Positions 1 through 9,765 of a stretch of DNA of 64,000 nucleotides are shown in pieces. The DNA comes from an uncultured Chlamydiae bacterium (GTDB lineage Bacteria; Chlamydiota; Chlamydiia; Chlamydiales; Parachlamydiaceae). The position numbers and the translations under genes were made by a program. The first letter of the stretch is position 1. Each line of letters opens with the position of its first letter. The notes beneath the pieces were generated by a model. The model was given only the letters and a program-made list of their open reading frames with translations, ran no database searches and had not been told where the DNA came from. The stretch lies in assembly GCA_963754655.1 (NCBI GenBank), contig CAVWGN010000001.1:1408001-1472000 (forward strand). Reading direction: 5' to 3'.

Positions 1-176
1 GTTTAATAGAGATGTCCGAGCCTATCACTCATCTATTAGCCCAAAAGTGATCAAGCCAATTGTCAAAAAGGTGAGTGTGGTAAATTCAAGGAATGAGAGA
101 AAAAACCCTGCCTAATGTTAGAATTATCCTCTTTTCGGTCAACTTGACCGAAAAAAGTCTAACACAAAGCGTAAGC

Positions 177-1319
177 TTAGCCATTTTCCTGAATGGCAGC
201 CAGAATAATCTCTTGAATGGTTTCATCTGCACATTGAAGAGCCCACCAGCCGCCTTGCTTAAAAGCAGCCAAAACAATCTGTATGTCTTTTTTAAGATTT
301 TCATCTGCATACTGAAGAGCCATGCCATATTGTTTAACGGCAGCCAAGACAATCTCTCGATCTTTTTTAAGGGTTTCATCTGCATATTGAAGAGTATTGC
401 CATCTTCCTGAACGGCAGCCAAGACAATCTCTCGATTTTGCTTTAGGGCTTCATCTGCAAATTGAAGAGCATAGCTATCTGCCTGAACAGCAGCCAAGAC
501 AATTTCTTGATCTTTTTTAAGGCTTTGATCTGCATATTGAAGAGCCCAGCCACTTGGCTGAACGGCCGCCAAGACAATTTCTCGATCTTTTTTAAAGCTT
601 TCATCTATATCAAAAACAGAAGCTCCAAAACAGCGAGCAACTTGAATAAAAACTTTTTTATTATTAAGATTACGAAATTTTTTGAGAGTAGAGATGACAG
701 CTGTTTGTACCTCGTACCATCTTGGATCTTGAGCGCCAGAATAAAATTTTTCGATAAAGTCATTGTTGATAATAGTTAATTTTTCTTCATCACTGCCTGA
801 TATAAGCGAATTTAAAATAGACAATTGATTTTCAGCAATCATCTTGATGCGTTTATTGATGCTATTTTTGCAAATTTTAGGGTTCCATATATAGCGATAC
901 AAAAGAGAAAGAAATAAACTCTTGGATTGAAATAATGTTGAATCAATCATCAATAATTTTTCAAATGTTGTTGTTTCTCTGAGGGCTCGATCAATTAATT
1001 TAAGTTCCTTAGATGTAAAATTCTTCTTCTGATCTGTTGCAATACACTCTGAGGGAGGCATAATAGTGAATCGATCACTGTATTTAATTTGAAAAAGAGT
1101 TTGCAATAATGAGATACAAGGATTTGTCTTAAGAATCCTTTCCCATTTTTTACAGGTGAGTAAAATAGAAGAAATATCGCGTAAAGGTTGACTCTTTTGA
1201 TTGACAATTTGATCAAAAATAATTCCTAATATTTCATTAGGAATTAATATTTCTAAAAAACTTTGGAATTCCTCTGCAGTGTTTCGCATTGTTTGTGAAT
1301 AAAAGTTAGTAGTTTTCAT
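177..1319 (-). CDS. F-box-like / DUF4116-repeat protein, cluster A copy 1
   Basis: N-terminal LIPNEILGIIFDQI...SSILLTCKKW F-box-like motif; C-terminal 25-aa repeats KKDREIVLAAVQQxGxALxYADESL; AAAGGA ribosome-binding site upstream. Confidence 0.85.
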   Translation of the reverse strand: MKTTNFYSQTMRNTAEEFQSFLEILIPNEILGIIFDQIVNQKSQPLRDISSILLTCKKWERILKTNPCISLLQTLFQIKYSDRFTIMPPSECIATDQKKNFTSKELKLIDRALRETTTFEKLLMIDSTLFQSKSLFLSLLYRYIWNPKICKNSINKRIKMIAENQLSILNSLISGSDEEKLTIINNDFIEKFYSGAQDPRWYEVQTAVISTLKKFRNLNNKKVFIQVARCFGASVFDIDESFKKDREIVLAAVQPSGWALQYADQSLKKDQEIVLAAVQADSYALQFADEALKQNREIVLAAVQEDGNTLQYADETLKKDREIVLAAVKQYGMALQYADENLKKDIQIVLAAFKQGGWWALQCADETIQEIILAAIQENG

Positions 1320-1488
1320 AATTATCCTTTTAATTTAATAATTTATTTTAATATTTATTAAAAATTTTTTAGTAAATAATTATAATAACAAACAAATTAA
1401 TTTATAAGTAGAGTTATTATTTTTTTTGTTGCTACTAATTAGAAATCGCTGCTTTTGGGAATGAGCCTCTAAAACAAGAAGGTTCTAG

Positions 1489-1993
1489 CTAGTACTCAAC
1501 CACATTAGTTTTGTGTATTTAGACTCTTCAAAGCCCCGGGGCTAGGGTGTTCATTTTGTGCAAAAAATGAGCTTTATTTTTCACAATAATTGGCATAGTT
1601 GAATAGAAGGTCGCATGTTTATGCCGTCCTTTCAGGACTCGATGTCTTTTTGATAGAACCCAGGCCTCCGCTTCGCTGCGACCTGGGCTGTAACATGACG
1701 GCCCTTCAGGCCTTAACAAAAAGATGATTTAGGGACTATAGAAGAGAGACTTAAACATCTCTTGTTAAGGCCTGAAGGGCCGTCATGTTACAGCCCAGGT
1801 CGCAGCGAAGCGGAGGCCTGGGTTCTATCAAAAAGACATCGAGTCCTGAAAGGACGGCATAAACATGCGACCTTCTATTCAACTATGCCAATTATTGTGA
1901 AAAATAAAGCTCATTTTTTGCACAAAATGAACACCCTAGCCCCGGGGCTTTGAAGCAGTCTAAATACACAAAACTAATGTGGTTGAGTACTAG
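1489..1993. mobile_element. Palindromic MITE/REPIN-like element, family 1 copy 1
   Basis: Arms 1489-1719 and 1762-1993 are near-perfect inverted repeats; ends CTAG-TACTCAACC...GGTTGAGTA-CTAG; paralogous intergenic regions (~4003, ~11322) have a single CTAG and no element. Confidence 0.9.
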
Positions 1994-2176
1994 GTTAGGT
2001 TTAATAGAGATGTCCGAATCTATCACTCATCTATTAACCCAAAAAGTAATCAAGCCAACTGTCAAAAGTGAGCGTGGTAAATTCATAGAATGAGAGAAAG
2101 AACCTGCATGATATTAGAACTAGACTCCTTTCAGTTAATTTAACCGAAAAGGAGTCTAACAAAAAAAATCGTAAGC

Positions 2177-3832
2177 TTAGCCATTTTCCTGAATAGCAGC
2201 CAAGACAATGTCTCGAATGGTTTCGTGTACATAGGAAAGAACACGGTCAGTTTGCTTAACGGCCGTCAAAACAATTTGTAAATCTTTTTTAAAGCTTTCA
2301 TCTGCAGCTGCAAGAGCCCAACCACAGTCCTTAACGGCAGCCAAGACAATCTCTCGATCTTTTTTAAAGATTTCATCTGCAAAGTGAAGAGCTATGCCAC
2401 ATTGCTTAACGGCAGCCAAGACAATCTCTCGATCTTTTTGAAGGCTTTCATGTGCATATTGAAGAGCCCTGCCATCTTGCTGAATGGCAGCTAAGACAAT
2501 GTCACGATCTTTTGTAAAGCTTTCATCCGCATATTTAAGAGCTGTGCCGTAGCACTGAACGGCAGTCAAAACAATCTGTAGAGCTTTTTTAAGACTTTCA
2601 TCTGCCAATTTAAGAGCTAAGCCATTTTGCTGAACGGCCGCTAAGACAATCTCTCGATCTTTTTTAAGGCTTTCATCTGCATATTGAAGAGCATAGCCAT
2701 CTTGCTGAACGGCCGCCAAGACAATCTCTTGGTTTTTTTTAAGGCTTTCATCTGCATATTGAAGAGCATAGCCATTTTGCTGAACGGCCGCCAAGACAAT
2801 TTCTCGATCTTTTTTAAGGCTTTCATCTGCATATTGAAGAGCATAGCCATCTTGCTGAACGGCCGCCAAGACAATCTCTTGGTTTTTTTTAAGGCTTTCA
2901 TCTGCATATTGAAGAGCATAGCCATTTTGCTGAACGGCCGCCAAGACAATCTCTCGATCTTTTTTAAGGCTTTCATCTGCATATTGAAGAGCTTGGAGAC
3001 TAGCCAAGAACATTTCTTGATCTTTTTCAAAGCTTTCACCTGCATATGCAAGAAACCGGACCTTTTGCTGAACGGCAGCCAAGACAATCTCTCGATCTTT
3101 TTTAAAGCTTTCATCTATATCAAAAACAGAAGCTCCGAAACAGCGAGCAACTTGAATAAAAACTTTTTTATCATCGTTAAGATTGCGAAATTTTTTAAGA
3201 GTAGAGACAACAGATTTTTTTATGTCGTAATCTCTTAGATATTTACCGCCCAAATAAAATTTTTCGATAAAGTCATTTTTGATAACGGTTAATTTTTCTT
3301 CATCACTCCCTGATAGAAGAGAATTTAAAATAGACAATTGATTTTCAGCAATCATCTTGATGCGTTGATTGGCGCTGTTTTTGCAAACTTCAGGGTTCCA
3401 TAGATAGTGATGTAAAAGAGAAAGAAATAAACTCTCTGATTGAAATAATTCTGAATTTATCATCAACAATTTTTCAAATGTTTTTCTGCTTCTGATGACT
3501 TGATCAATCAAATTAAGCTCTTGAGATGTAAAATCACTCTTTTGACCATTTATGACGATACACTCCCGGGGAAGAGTAATGGTGAATCGATCACTGTGTG
3601 TCATTTTAAAAAAAGTCTGCAATAATGAGATGCAAGGATTTGTCTGAAGAACCCTTTCCCATTTTTTACAGGTGAGTAAAATAGAAGAAATATCGCGTAA
3701 AGGCTGGCTCTTTTGATTGACAACCTGATCAAAAATAATTTCTAATATCTCATTAGGCATTGTATTTAAGAAGAATTCGAATTCCTCTGAAGTACTTTGC
3801 TTTGTTTGTGAATGAAAGTTAGTAATTTGCAT
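2177..3832 (-). CDS. F-box-like / DUF4116-repeat protein, cluster A copy 2
   Basis: Same architecture, about 12 repeats, ends AIQENG. Confidence 0.85.
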   Translation of the reverse strand: MQITNFHSQTKQSTSEEFEFFLNTMPNEILEIIFDQVVNQKSQPLRDISSILLTCKKWERVLQTNPCISLLQTFFKMTHSDRFTITLPRECIVINGQKSDFTSQELNLIDQVIRSRKTFEKLLMINSELFQSESLFLSLLHHYLWNPEVCKNSANQRIKMIAENQLSILNSLLSGSDEEKLTVIKNDFIEKFYLGGKYLRDYDIKKSVVSTLKKFRNLNDDKKVFIQVARCFGASVFDIDESFKKDREIVLAAVQQKVRFLAYAGESFEKDQEMFLASLQALQYADESLKKDREIVLAAVQQNGYALQYADESLKKNQEIVLAAVQQDGYALQYADESLKKDREIVLAAVQQNGYALQYADESLKKNQEIVLAAVQQDGYALQYADESLKKDREIVLAAVQQNGLALKLADESLKKALQIVLTAVQCYGTALKYADESFTKDRDIVLAAIQQDGRALQYAHESLQKDREIVLAAVKQCGIALHFADEIFKKDREIVLAAVKDCGWALAAADESFKKDLQIVLTAVKQTDRVLSYVHETIRDIVLAAIQENG

Positions 3833-4185
3833 AATTATCCTTTAATTTAATATTTATTATTAATTTTTAGTAAATAGGTATATTAACAAATAAATTGATT
3901 TAGAAGAAGGTTTTTTTATTGCTGTTAATTAGAAATTGCCGCTTTGTCCTATTTAGAAATAGCCCCTTTTGGAAATGAATTTCTAGAACAGGAAGATTCT
4001 AACTAGGGAAGCTTTAATAGTAATGTTTGAATCTATCAATCATCTAGTAACTAAAAAGTGATCAAGCCAACTGTCAAAAAGTGAGTATGGTAAATTCAAG
4101 GAATGAGAGAAAGCCTCTGCAGGTTGTTATAACCAAACTCCTTTCGTTCAAGTGACCGAAAGGAGAATAACAAACAATCATAAGC

Positions 4186-5751
4186 TTAGCCATTTTCCTG
4201 AATGGCAGCCAAAACAATCTTTTGAATGGTTTTATCTGCATAGCGAAGAGCATCGGCCTTTTGCTTAACGGCAGCCAAAACAATCTATAGATCTTTTTTA
4301 AGGGTTTCATCTGCATATTCAAGATTCCCGCCATTCTTCTTAACGGCCGCTAAGACAATTTCTCGATCTTTTTTAAGGGTTTCATCTGCAAATTGAAGAT
4401 TAAAGCCTTTTTTCTGAACGGCCGCCAAGACAATCTCTTGAATGGTTTCATCTACATAGCGAAGAGCTCTACCATTTTACTGAACAGCAGCCAAGACAAT
4501 CTGTAGATCTTTTTTAAGGCTTTCATGTGCATATTGAAGAGCATGGCCATTTTTCTGAACGGCAGCTAAGACAATCTTTTGATCTTTTTGAAGGTTTACA
4601 TCTGCATATTTAAGAGATATGCCCTGTTGCTGAACGGCTGCCAAGACAATGTCACGATCTTTTTTAAGGGTTTCATCCGCGTAGAGAAGAGCAGTGCCAT
4701 TTTGCTGAACGGCCGCCAAGACAATCTCTCGATCTTTTTTAAGGCTTTCATCTGCATATTGAAGAGCATAGCCATTTTGCTGAACGGCCGCCAAGACAAT
4801 CTCTGGATCCTTTTTAAGGCTTTTATCTGCATATTGAAGAGCATAGCCATTGTGCTGAACGGCCGCCAAGACAACCTCTCGATCTTTTTTAATGCTTTCA
4901 TCTGCAAATTGAAGAGCTTGGAGGCTAGCCAAGACCATCTCTTTTTCAAAGCTTTGACTTGCACATGCAAGAAACCGGACCTTTTGCTGAACGGCAGCCA
5001 AGACAATCTCCCGATCTTTTTTAAAGTCTTCATCTATATCAAAAACAGAAGCTCCGAAACAGCGCGCAACTTGAATAAAAACTTTTTTATCATCGTTAAG
5101 ATTGCGAAATTTTTTAAGAGTAGAGATGACAGATGTTTTTACGTAGTACCCGCTTGGATATTTAGCGCTCAAATAAAATTTTTCGATAAAGTCATTTTTG
5201 ATAATGGTTAATTTTTCTTCATCGCTCCCTGATAGAAGAGAATTTAAAATAGACAATTGATTTTCAGCAATCATCTTGATGCGTTGATTGGCGCTGTTTT
5301 TGCAAACTTCAGGCTCCCATAGATAGTGATGTAAAAGAGAAAGAAATAAACTCTCTGATTGAAATAATTCTGAATTTATCATTAACAATTTTTCAAATGT
5401 TTTTCTTTCTCTGATGACTTGATCAATCAAATTAAGCTCTTGAGATGTAAAATCACTCTTTTGACCATTTGTGACGATACACTCCCGAGGAAGAGTAATA
5501 GTGAATCGATCACTGTGTGTCATTTTAAAAAAAGTCTGCAATAATGAGATGAAAGGATTTGTCTGAAGAACACTTTCCCATTTTTTACAGGTAAGTAAAA
5601 TAGAAGAAATATCGCTTAAAGACTAGCTCTTTTGATTGACAATCTGATCAAAAATAATTTTTAATATTTCATTAGGCATTGTATTTAAGAAGAATTCGAA
5701 TTCCTCTGAAGTGCTTTGCTTTGTTTGTGAATGAAAGTTAGTAATTTGCAT
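4186..5751 (-). pseudogene. F-box-like / DUF4116-repeat pseudogene, cluster A copy 3
   Basis: ATG at 5751 (MQITNFHSQT) in frame with the AIQENG stop at 4186; in-frame stops at 5623-5625, 4477-4479 and 4285-4287. Confidence 0.85.
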
Positions 5752-6076
5752 AATTATCCTTTAATTTAATAATTAATTTTAATAGCTATTATCAATTTTT
5801 TAATAAACGATTATTATAACAAGTAAAATAATTTAGAAGGAGATTTATTTTTTTTATTGCTTCTAATTAGAAATTGCTAATTTTCTCACATTTAGAAGTG
5901 GCCACTTTTGAAAATGAATTTTCAGAAAAAGGAAATTCTAACTAAGGGAGGTTTAATAGAGATGTCCGAGCCTATCACTCATCTATTAGCCCAAAAGTGA
6001 TCAAGCCAATTGTCAAAAAGGTGAGTGTGGTAAATTCAAGGAATGAGAGAAAAACCTGCCTAATGTTAGAATTATT

Positions 6077-6105
6077 CTCCTTTCGGTCAACTTGACCGAA
6101 AGGAG
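6077..6105. repeat. Conserved dyad downstream of cluster A genes
   Basis: CTCCTTTCGGTCAA-C-TTGACCGAAAGGAG, about 20 bp after the stop codon; variants at ~132, ~2121, ~4138, ~7972, ~9718, ~11457. Confidence 0.75.
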
Positions 6106-6124
6106 TCTAACACAAAGCGTAAGC

Positions 6125-7645
6125 TTAGCCATTTTCCTGAATGGCAGCCAAGACAATCTCTTGAATGGTTTCATGTGCATAAGGGAGAGTATCGACATTT
6201 TGCTTCACGGCGGCTAAGACAATTTGTAGATCTTTTTTAAAGCCTTCATCTGCAAATGCGAGAGCCAAGCCAAACTGCTTGACGGCAGCTAAGACAATTG
6301 CTCGATCTTTTTTAAGAGTTTCATCTACATATTGAAGAGCATAGCCATTTTGATGAACTGCAGCCAAGACAATCTCTCGATCTTTTTTAAGGCTTTCATC
6401 TGCATATTCAAGGGCCCAGCCATCTTGTTGAACGGCCGCCAAAACAATCTCTCGATCTTTTTTAAGGCTTTCATCCGCATATCGAAGAGCTATTCCAGTT
6501 TGCTTAATAGCAGCCAAAGCAATCTCTCGATCTTTTTTAAGGCTTTTATCTGCATATTGAAGAGCATAGCCATCTTGCTGAACGGCAGCCAAGACAATCT
6601 CTCGATCTTTTTTAAGGCTTTCATCTGCATATTCAAGGGCCCAGCCATCTTGTTGAACGGCAGCCAAGACAATCTCTCGATCTTTTTTAAGGGTTTCATC
6701 TGCATATTTAAGAGCCCAGCCATTTTGCTGAACCGCAACCAAGACAATCTCTCGATCTTTTTTAAGGGTTTCATCTGCATATTGAAGAGCCCAGCCATTT
6801 TGCTGAACCGCAATTAAGACAATCTCTCGATCTTTTTTAAGGGTTTCATCTACCAATTTAAGAGCTAAGCCTTCTTGCTTAACGGCAGCCAAAACAATTT
6901 CTCGATCTTTTTTTAAGCTTTCATGTATATCAAAAATGGAAGCTCCGAAACAGCGAGCAACTTGAATAAATTTTTTTTTATCGTTAAGGTTGAGGAATTT
7001 TTTAAGAGTAGAGATGATAGATGTGTGTATATCATGTAATCTTTGATGGTGCGCGCCCGAATAAAATTTTTCGATAAGGTCATTTTGAATAACGGTTAAT
7101 TTTTCTTCATCACTCCCTGATAGAAGAGAATTTAAAATAGACAATTGATTTTCAGCAATCATCTTGATGCGTTGATTGGCGCTGTTTTTGCAAACTTCAG
7201 GGTTCCATGAATGGCGATCCAAAAGAGAAAGAAATAAACTCTTTGGGTGAAATAATGCTGAATCCATCATCAACAATTTTTCAAATGCTGTTATTTCTCT
7301 ACAGGCTGGATCAATCAATTTAAGTTCCTTAGATGTAAAATCCTTCTTTTGGCTTTGGTTTGTCGCGATACACTCTTGAGGAGGCGTAATAGTAGTGAAT
7401 CGATCACTGTGTGTAATTTGAAAAAGAGTCTGCAATAATGAAATGCAAGGATTTGCTTTAAGAATCCCTTCCCACCTTTTACAGGTAAGTAAAATAGAAG
7501 AAATATCGACTAAAGGCTGTCTTTGTTGATTGACAATCTGATCAAAAATAATATCCAATATCTCATTAGGTATTATATTTGAAAATAATTGGAATTCCTC
7601 CGAAGTGCTTTGCCTTATGTGTGAATGAAAGTTAGTAATTTGCAT
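6125..7645 (-). CDS. F-box-like / DUF4116-repeat protein, cluster A copy 4
   Basis: Same architecture, IIPNEILDIIFDQI motif, ends AIQENG. Confidence 0.85.
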   Translation of the reverse strand: MQITNFHSHIRQSTSEEFQLFSNIIPNEILDIIFDQIVNQQRQPLVDISSILLTCKRWEGILKANPCISLLQTLFQITHSDRFTTITPPQECIATNQSQKKDFTSKELKLIDPACREITAFEKLLMMDSALFHPKSLFLSLLDRHSWNPEVCKNSANQRIKMIAENQLSILNSLLSGSDEEKLTVIQNDLIEKFYSGAHHQRLHDIHTSIISTLKKFLNLNDKKKFIQVARCFGASIFDIHESLKKDREIVLAAVKQEGLALKLVDETLKKDREIVLIAVQQNGWALQYADETLKKDREIVLVAVQQNGWALKYADETLKKDREIVLAAVQQDGWALEYADESLKKDREIVLAAVQQDGYALQYADKSLKKDREIALAAIKQTGIALRYADESLKKDREIVLAAVQQDGWALEYADESLKKDREIVLAAVHQNGYALQYVDETLKKDRAIVLAAVKQFGLALAFADEGFKKDLQIVLAAVKQNVDTLPYAHETIQEIVLAAIQENG

Positions 7646-8020
7646 AATTATCCTTTAATTTAATAATTTAATTTTAATAGCTATTATCAATTTTTTAATA
7701 AACGATTATTATAACAAGTAAAATAATTTAGAAGGAGATTTATTTTTTTTATTGCTGCTAATTAGAAATTGCTAATTTTCTCACATTTAGAAGTGGCCAC
7801 TTTTGAAAATGAATTTTCAGAAAAAGGAAATTCTAACTAAGGGAGGTTTAATAGAGATGTCCGAGCCTATCACTCATTTATTAACCCAAAAGTGATCAAG
7901 CCAAATGTCAAAAAGTGAGCATGGTAAATTCAAGGAATAAAAGAAAAACGCTGTATGATGTTAGAATTATCCTCCTTTCGGTCAACTTGAACAAAAGGAG
8001 TCTAAGAAAAAATCGTAAGC

Positions 8021-9391
8021 TTAGCCATTTTCCTGAATAGCAGCCAAGACAATCTCTTGAATGGTTTCATCTGCATAGCGAAGAGCGTCGCCTCGTTGCT
8101 GAACGGCAGCCAAGACAATCTCTCGATCTTTTTTAAAGCTTTCATCTACATACATAAGAGCCCAGCCATTTTGCTTAACGGCAGCTAAGACAATCTCTCG
8201 ATCTTTTTTAAAGCTTTCATCTGCAAATTGAAGAGCCCAGCCATTTTTCTTAACGGCAGCCAAGACAATCTCTCGATCTTTTTTAAAAGGTTTATCTGCA
8301 TGTTGAAGAACACTGCCATGTTGCTGAACAGCAGCCAAGACAATCTCTCGATCTTTTTGAAGGCTTTCATGTGCATATTGAAGAGCATAGCCTCTTTGCT
8401 GAACGGCAGCCAAGACAATCTCTCGATCTTTTTTAAGGGTTTCATCTGCATATTCAAGGGCCCAGCCATCTTGCTGAACGGCAGCCAAGACAATCTCTCG
8501 ATCTTTTTTAAGGGTTTCATCTGCATATTGAAGAGCATAGCCACTTTGCTGAACCGCAACCAAGACAATCTCTCGATCTTTTTTAAGGGTTTCATCTACC
8601 AATTTAAGAGCTAAGCCTTCTTGCTTAACGGCAGCCAAAACAATTTCTCGATCTTTTTTAAAGCTTTCATGTATTCCAAAAATGGAAGCTCCGAAACAGC
8701 GAGCAACTTGAATAAAAACTTTTTTATCGTTAAGGTTGAGGAATTTTTTAAGAGTAGAGATGATAGATGTGTGTATATCATATAATCTTTGATGGTGCGT
8801 GCCCGAATAAAATTTTTCGATAAGGTCATTTTGAATAACGGTTAATTTTTCTTCATCACTCCCTGATAGAAGAGAATTTAAAATAGACAATTGATTTTCA
8901 GCAATCATCTTGATGCGTTGATTGGCGCTGTTTTTGCAAACTTCAGGGTTCCATGAATGGCGATCCAAAAGAGAAAGAAATAAACTCTTTGGGTGAAATA
9001 ATGCTGAATCCATCATCAACAATTTTTCAAATGCTGTTATTTCTCTACAGGCTGGATCAATCAATTTAAGTTCCTTAGATGTAAAATCCTTCTTTTGGCT
9101 TTGGTTTGTCGCGATACACTCTTGAGGAGGCGTAATAGTAGTGAATCGATCACTGTGTGTAATTTGAAAAAGAGTCTGCAATAATGAAATGCAAGGATTT
9201 GCTTTAAGAATCCCTTCCCACCTTTTACAGGTAAGTAAAATAGAAGAAATATCGCCTAAAGGCTGTCTTTGTTGATTGACAATCTGATCAAAAATAATAT
9301 CCAATATCTCATTAGGTATTATATTTGAAAATAATTGGAATTCCTCCGAAGTGCTTTGCCTTGTGTGTGAATGAAAGTTAGTAATTTGCAT
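8021..9391 (-). CDS. F-box-like / DUF4116-repeat protein, cluster A copy 5
   Basis: N-terminal half nearly identical to copy 4; different repeat series. Confidence 0.85.
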   Translation of the reverse strand: MQITNFHSHTRQSTSEEFQLFSNIIPNEILDIIFDQIVNQQRQPLGDISSILLTCKRWEGILKANPCISLLQTLFQITHSDRFTTITPPQECIATNQSQKKDFTSKELKLIDPACREITAFEKLLMMDSALFHPKSLFLSLLDRHSWNPEVCKNSANQRIKMIAENQLSILNSLLSGSDEEKLTVIQNDLIEKFYSGTHHQRLYDIHTSIISTLKKFLNLNDKKVFIQVARCFGASIFGIHESFKKDREIVLAAVKQEGLALKLVDETLKKDREIVLVAVQQSGYALQYADETLKKDREIVLAAVQQDGWALEYADETLKKDREIVLAAVQQRGYALQYAHESLQKDREIVLAAVQQHGSVLQHADKPFKKDREIVLAAVKKNGWALQFADESFKKDREIVLAAVKQNGWALMYVDESFKKDREIVLAAVQQRGDALRYADETIQEIVLAAIQENG

Positions 9392-9765
9392 AATTATCCT
9401 TTAATTTAATAATTTAATTTTAATAGCTATTATCAATTTTTTAATAAACGATTATTATAACAAGTAAAATAATTTAGAAGGAGATTTATTTTTTTTATTG
9501 CTGCTAATTAGAAATTGCTAATTTTCTCACATTTAGAAGTGGCCACTTTTGAAAATGAATTTTCAGAAAAAGGAAATTCTAACTAAGGGAGGTTTAATAG
9601 AGATGTCCGAGCCTATCACTCATCTATTAGCCCAAAAGTGATCAAGCCAATTGTCAAAAAGGTGAGTGTGGTAAATTCAAGGAATGAGAGAAAAACCTGC
9701 CTAATGTTAGAATTATTCTCCTTTCGGTCAACTTGACCGAAAGGAGTCTAACACAAAGCGTAAGC

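Noticed and set aside
1528..1953. Twin 63-aa ORFs MLRPEGP... (also 48470-48891) and ORFs at 22105, 26210 and 33540
   Set aside because: Chance translations of the palindromic repeats, mostly with TTG starts; the mirror identity only reflects the inverted repeat
6065..6111. GTTAGA...TCTAAC dyad as an integron attC site
   Set aside because: The box order is the reverse of attC (RYYYAAC...GTTRRRY), no integrase is present, and the genes are paralogues with their own promoter regions
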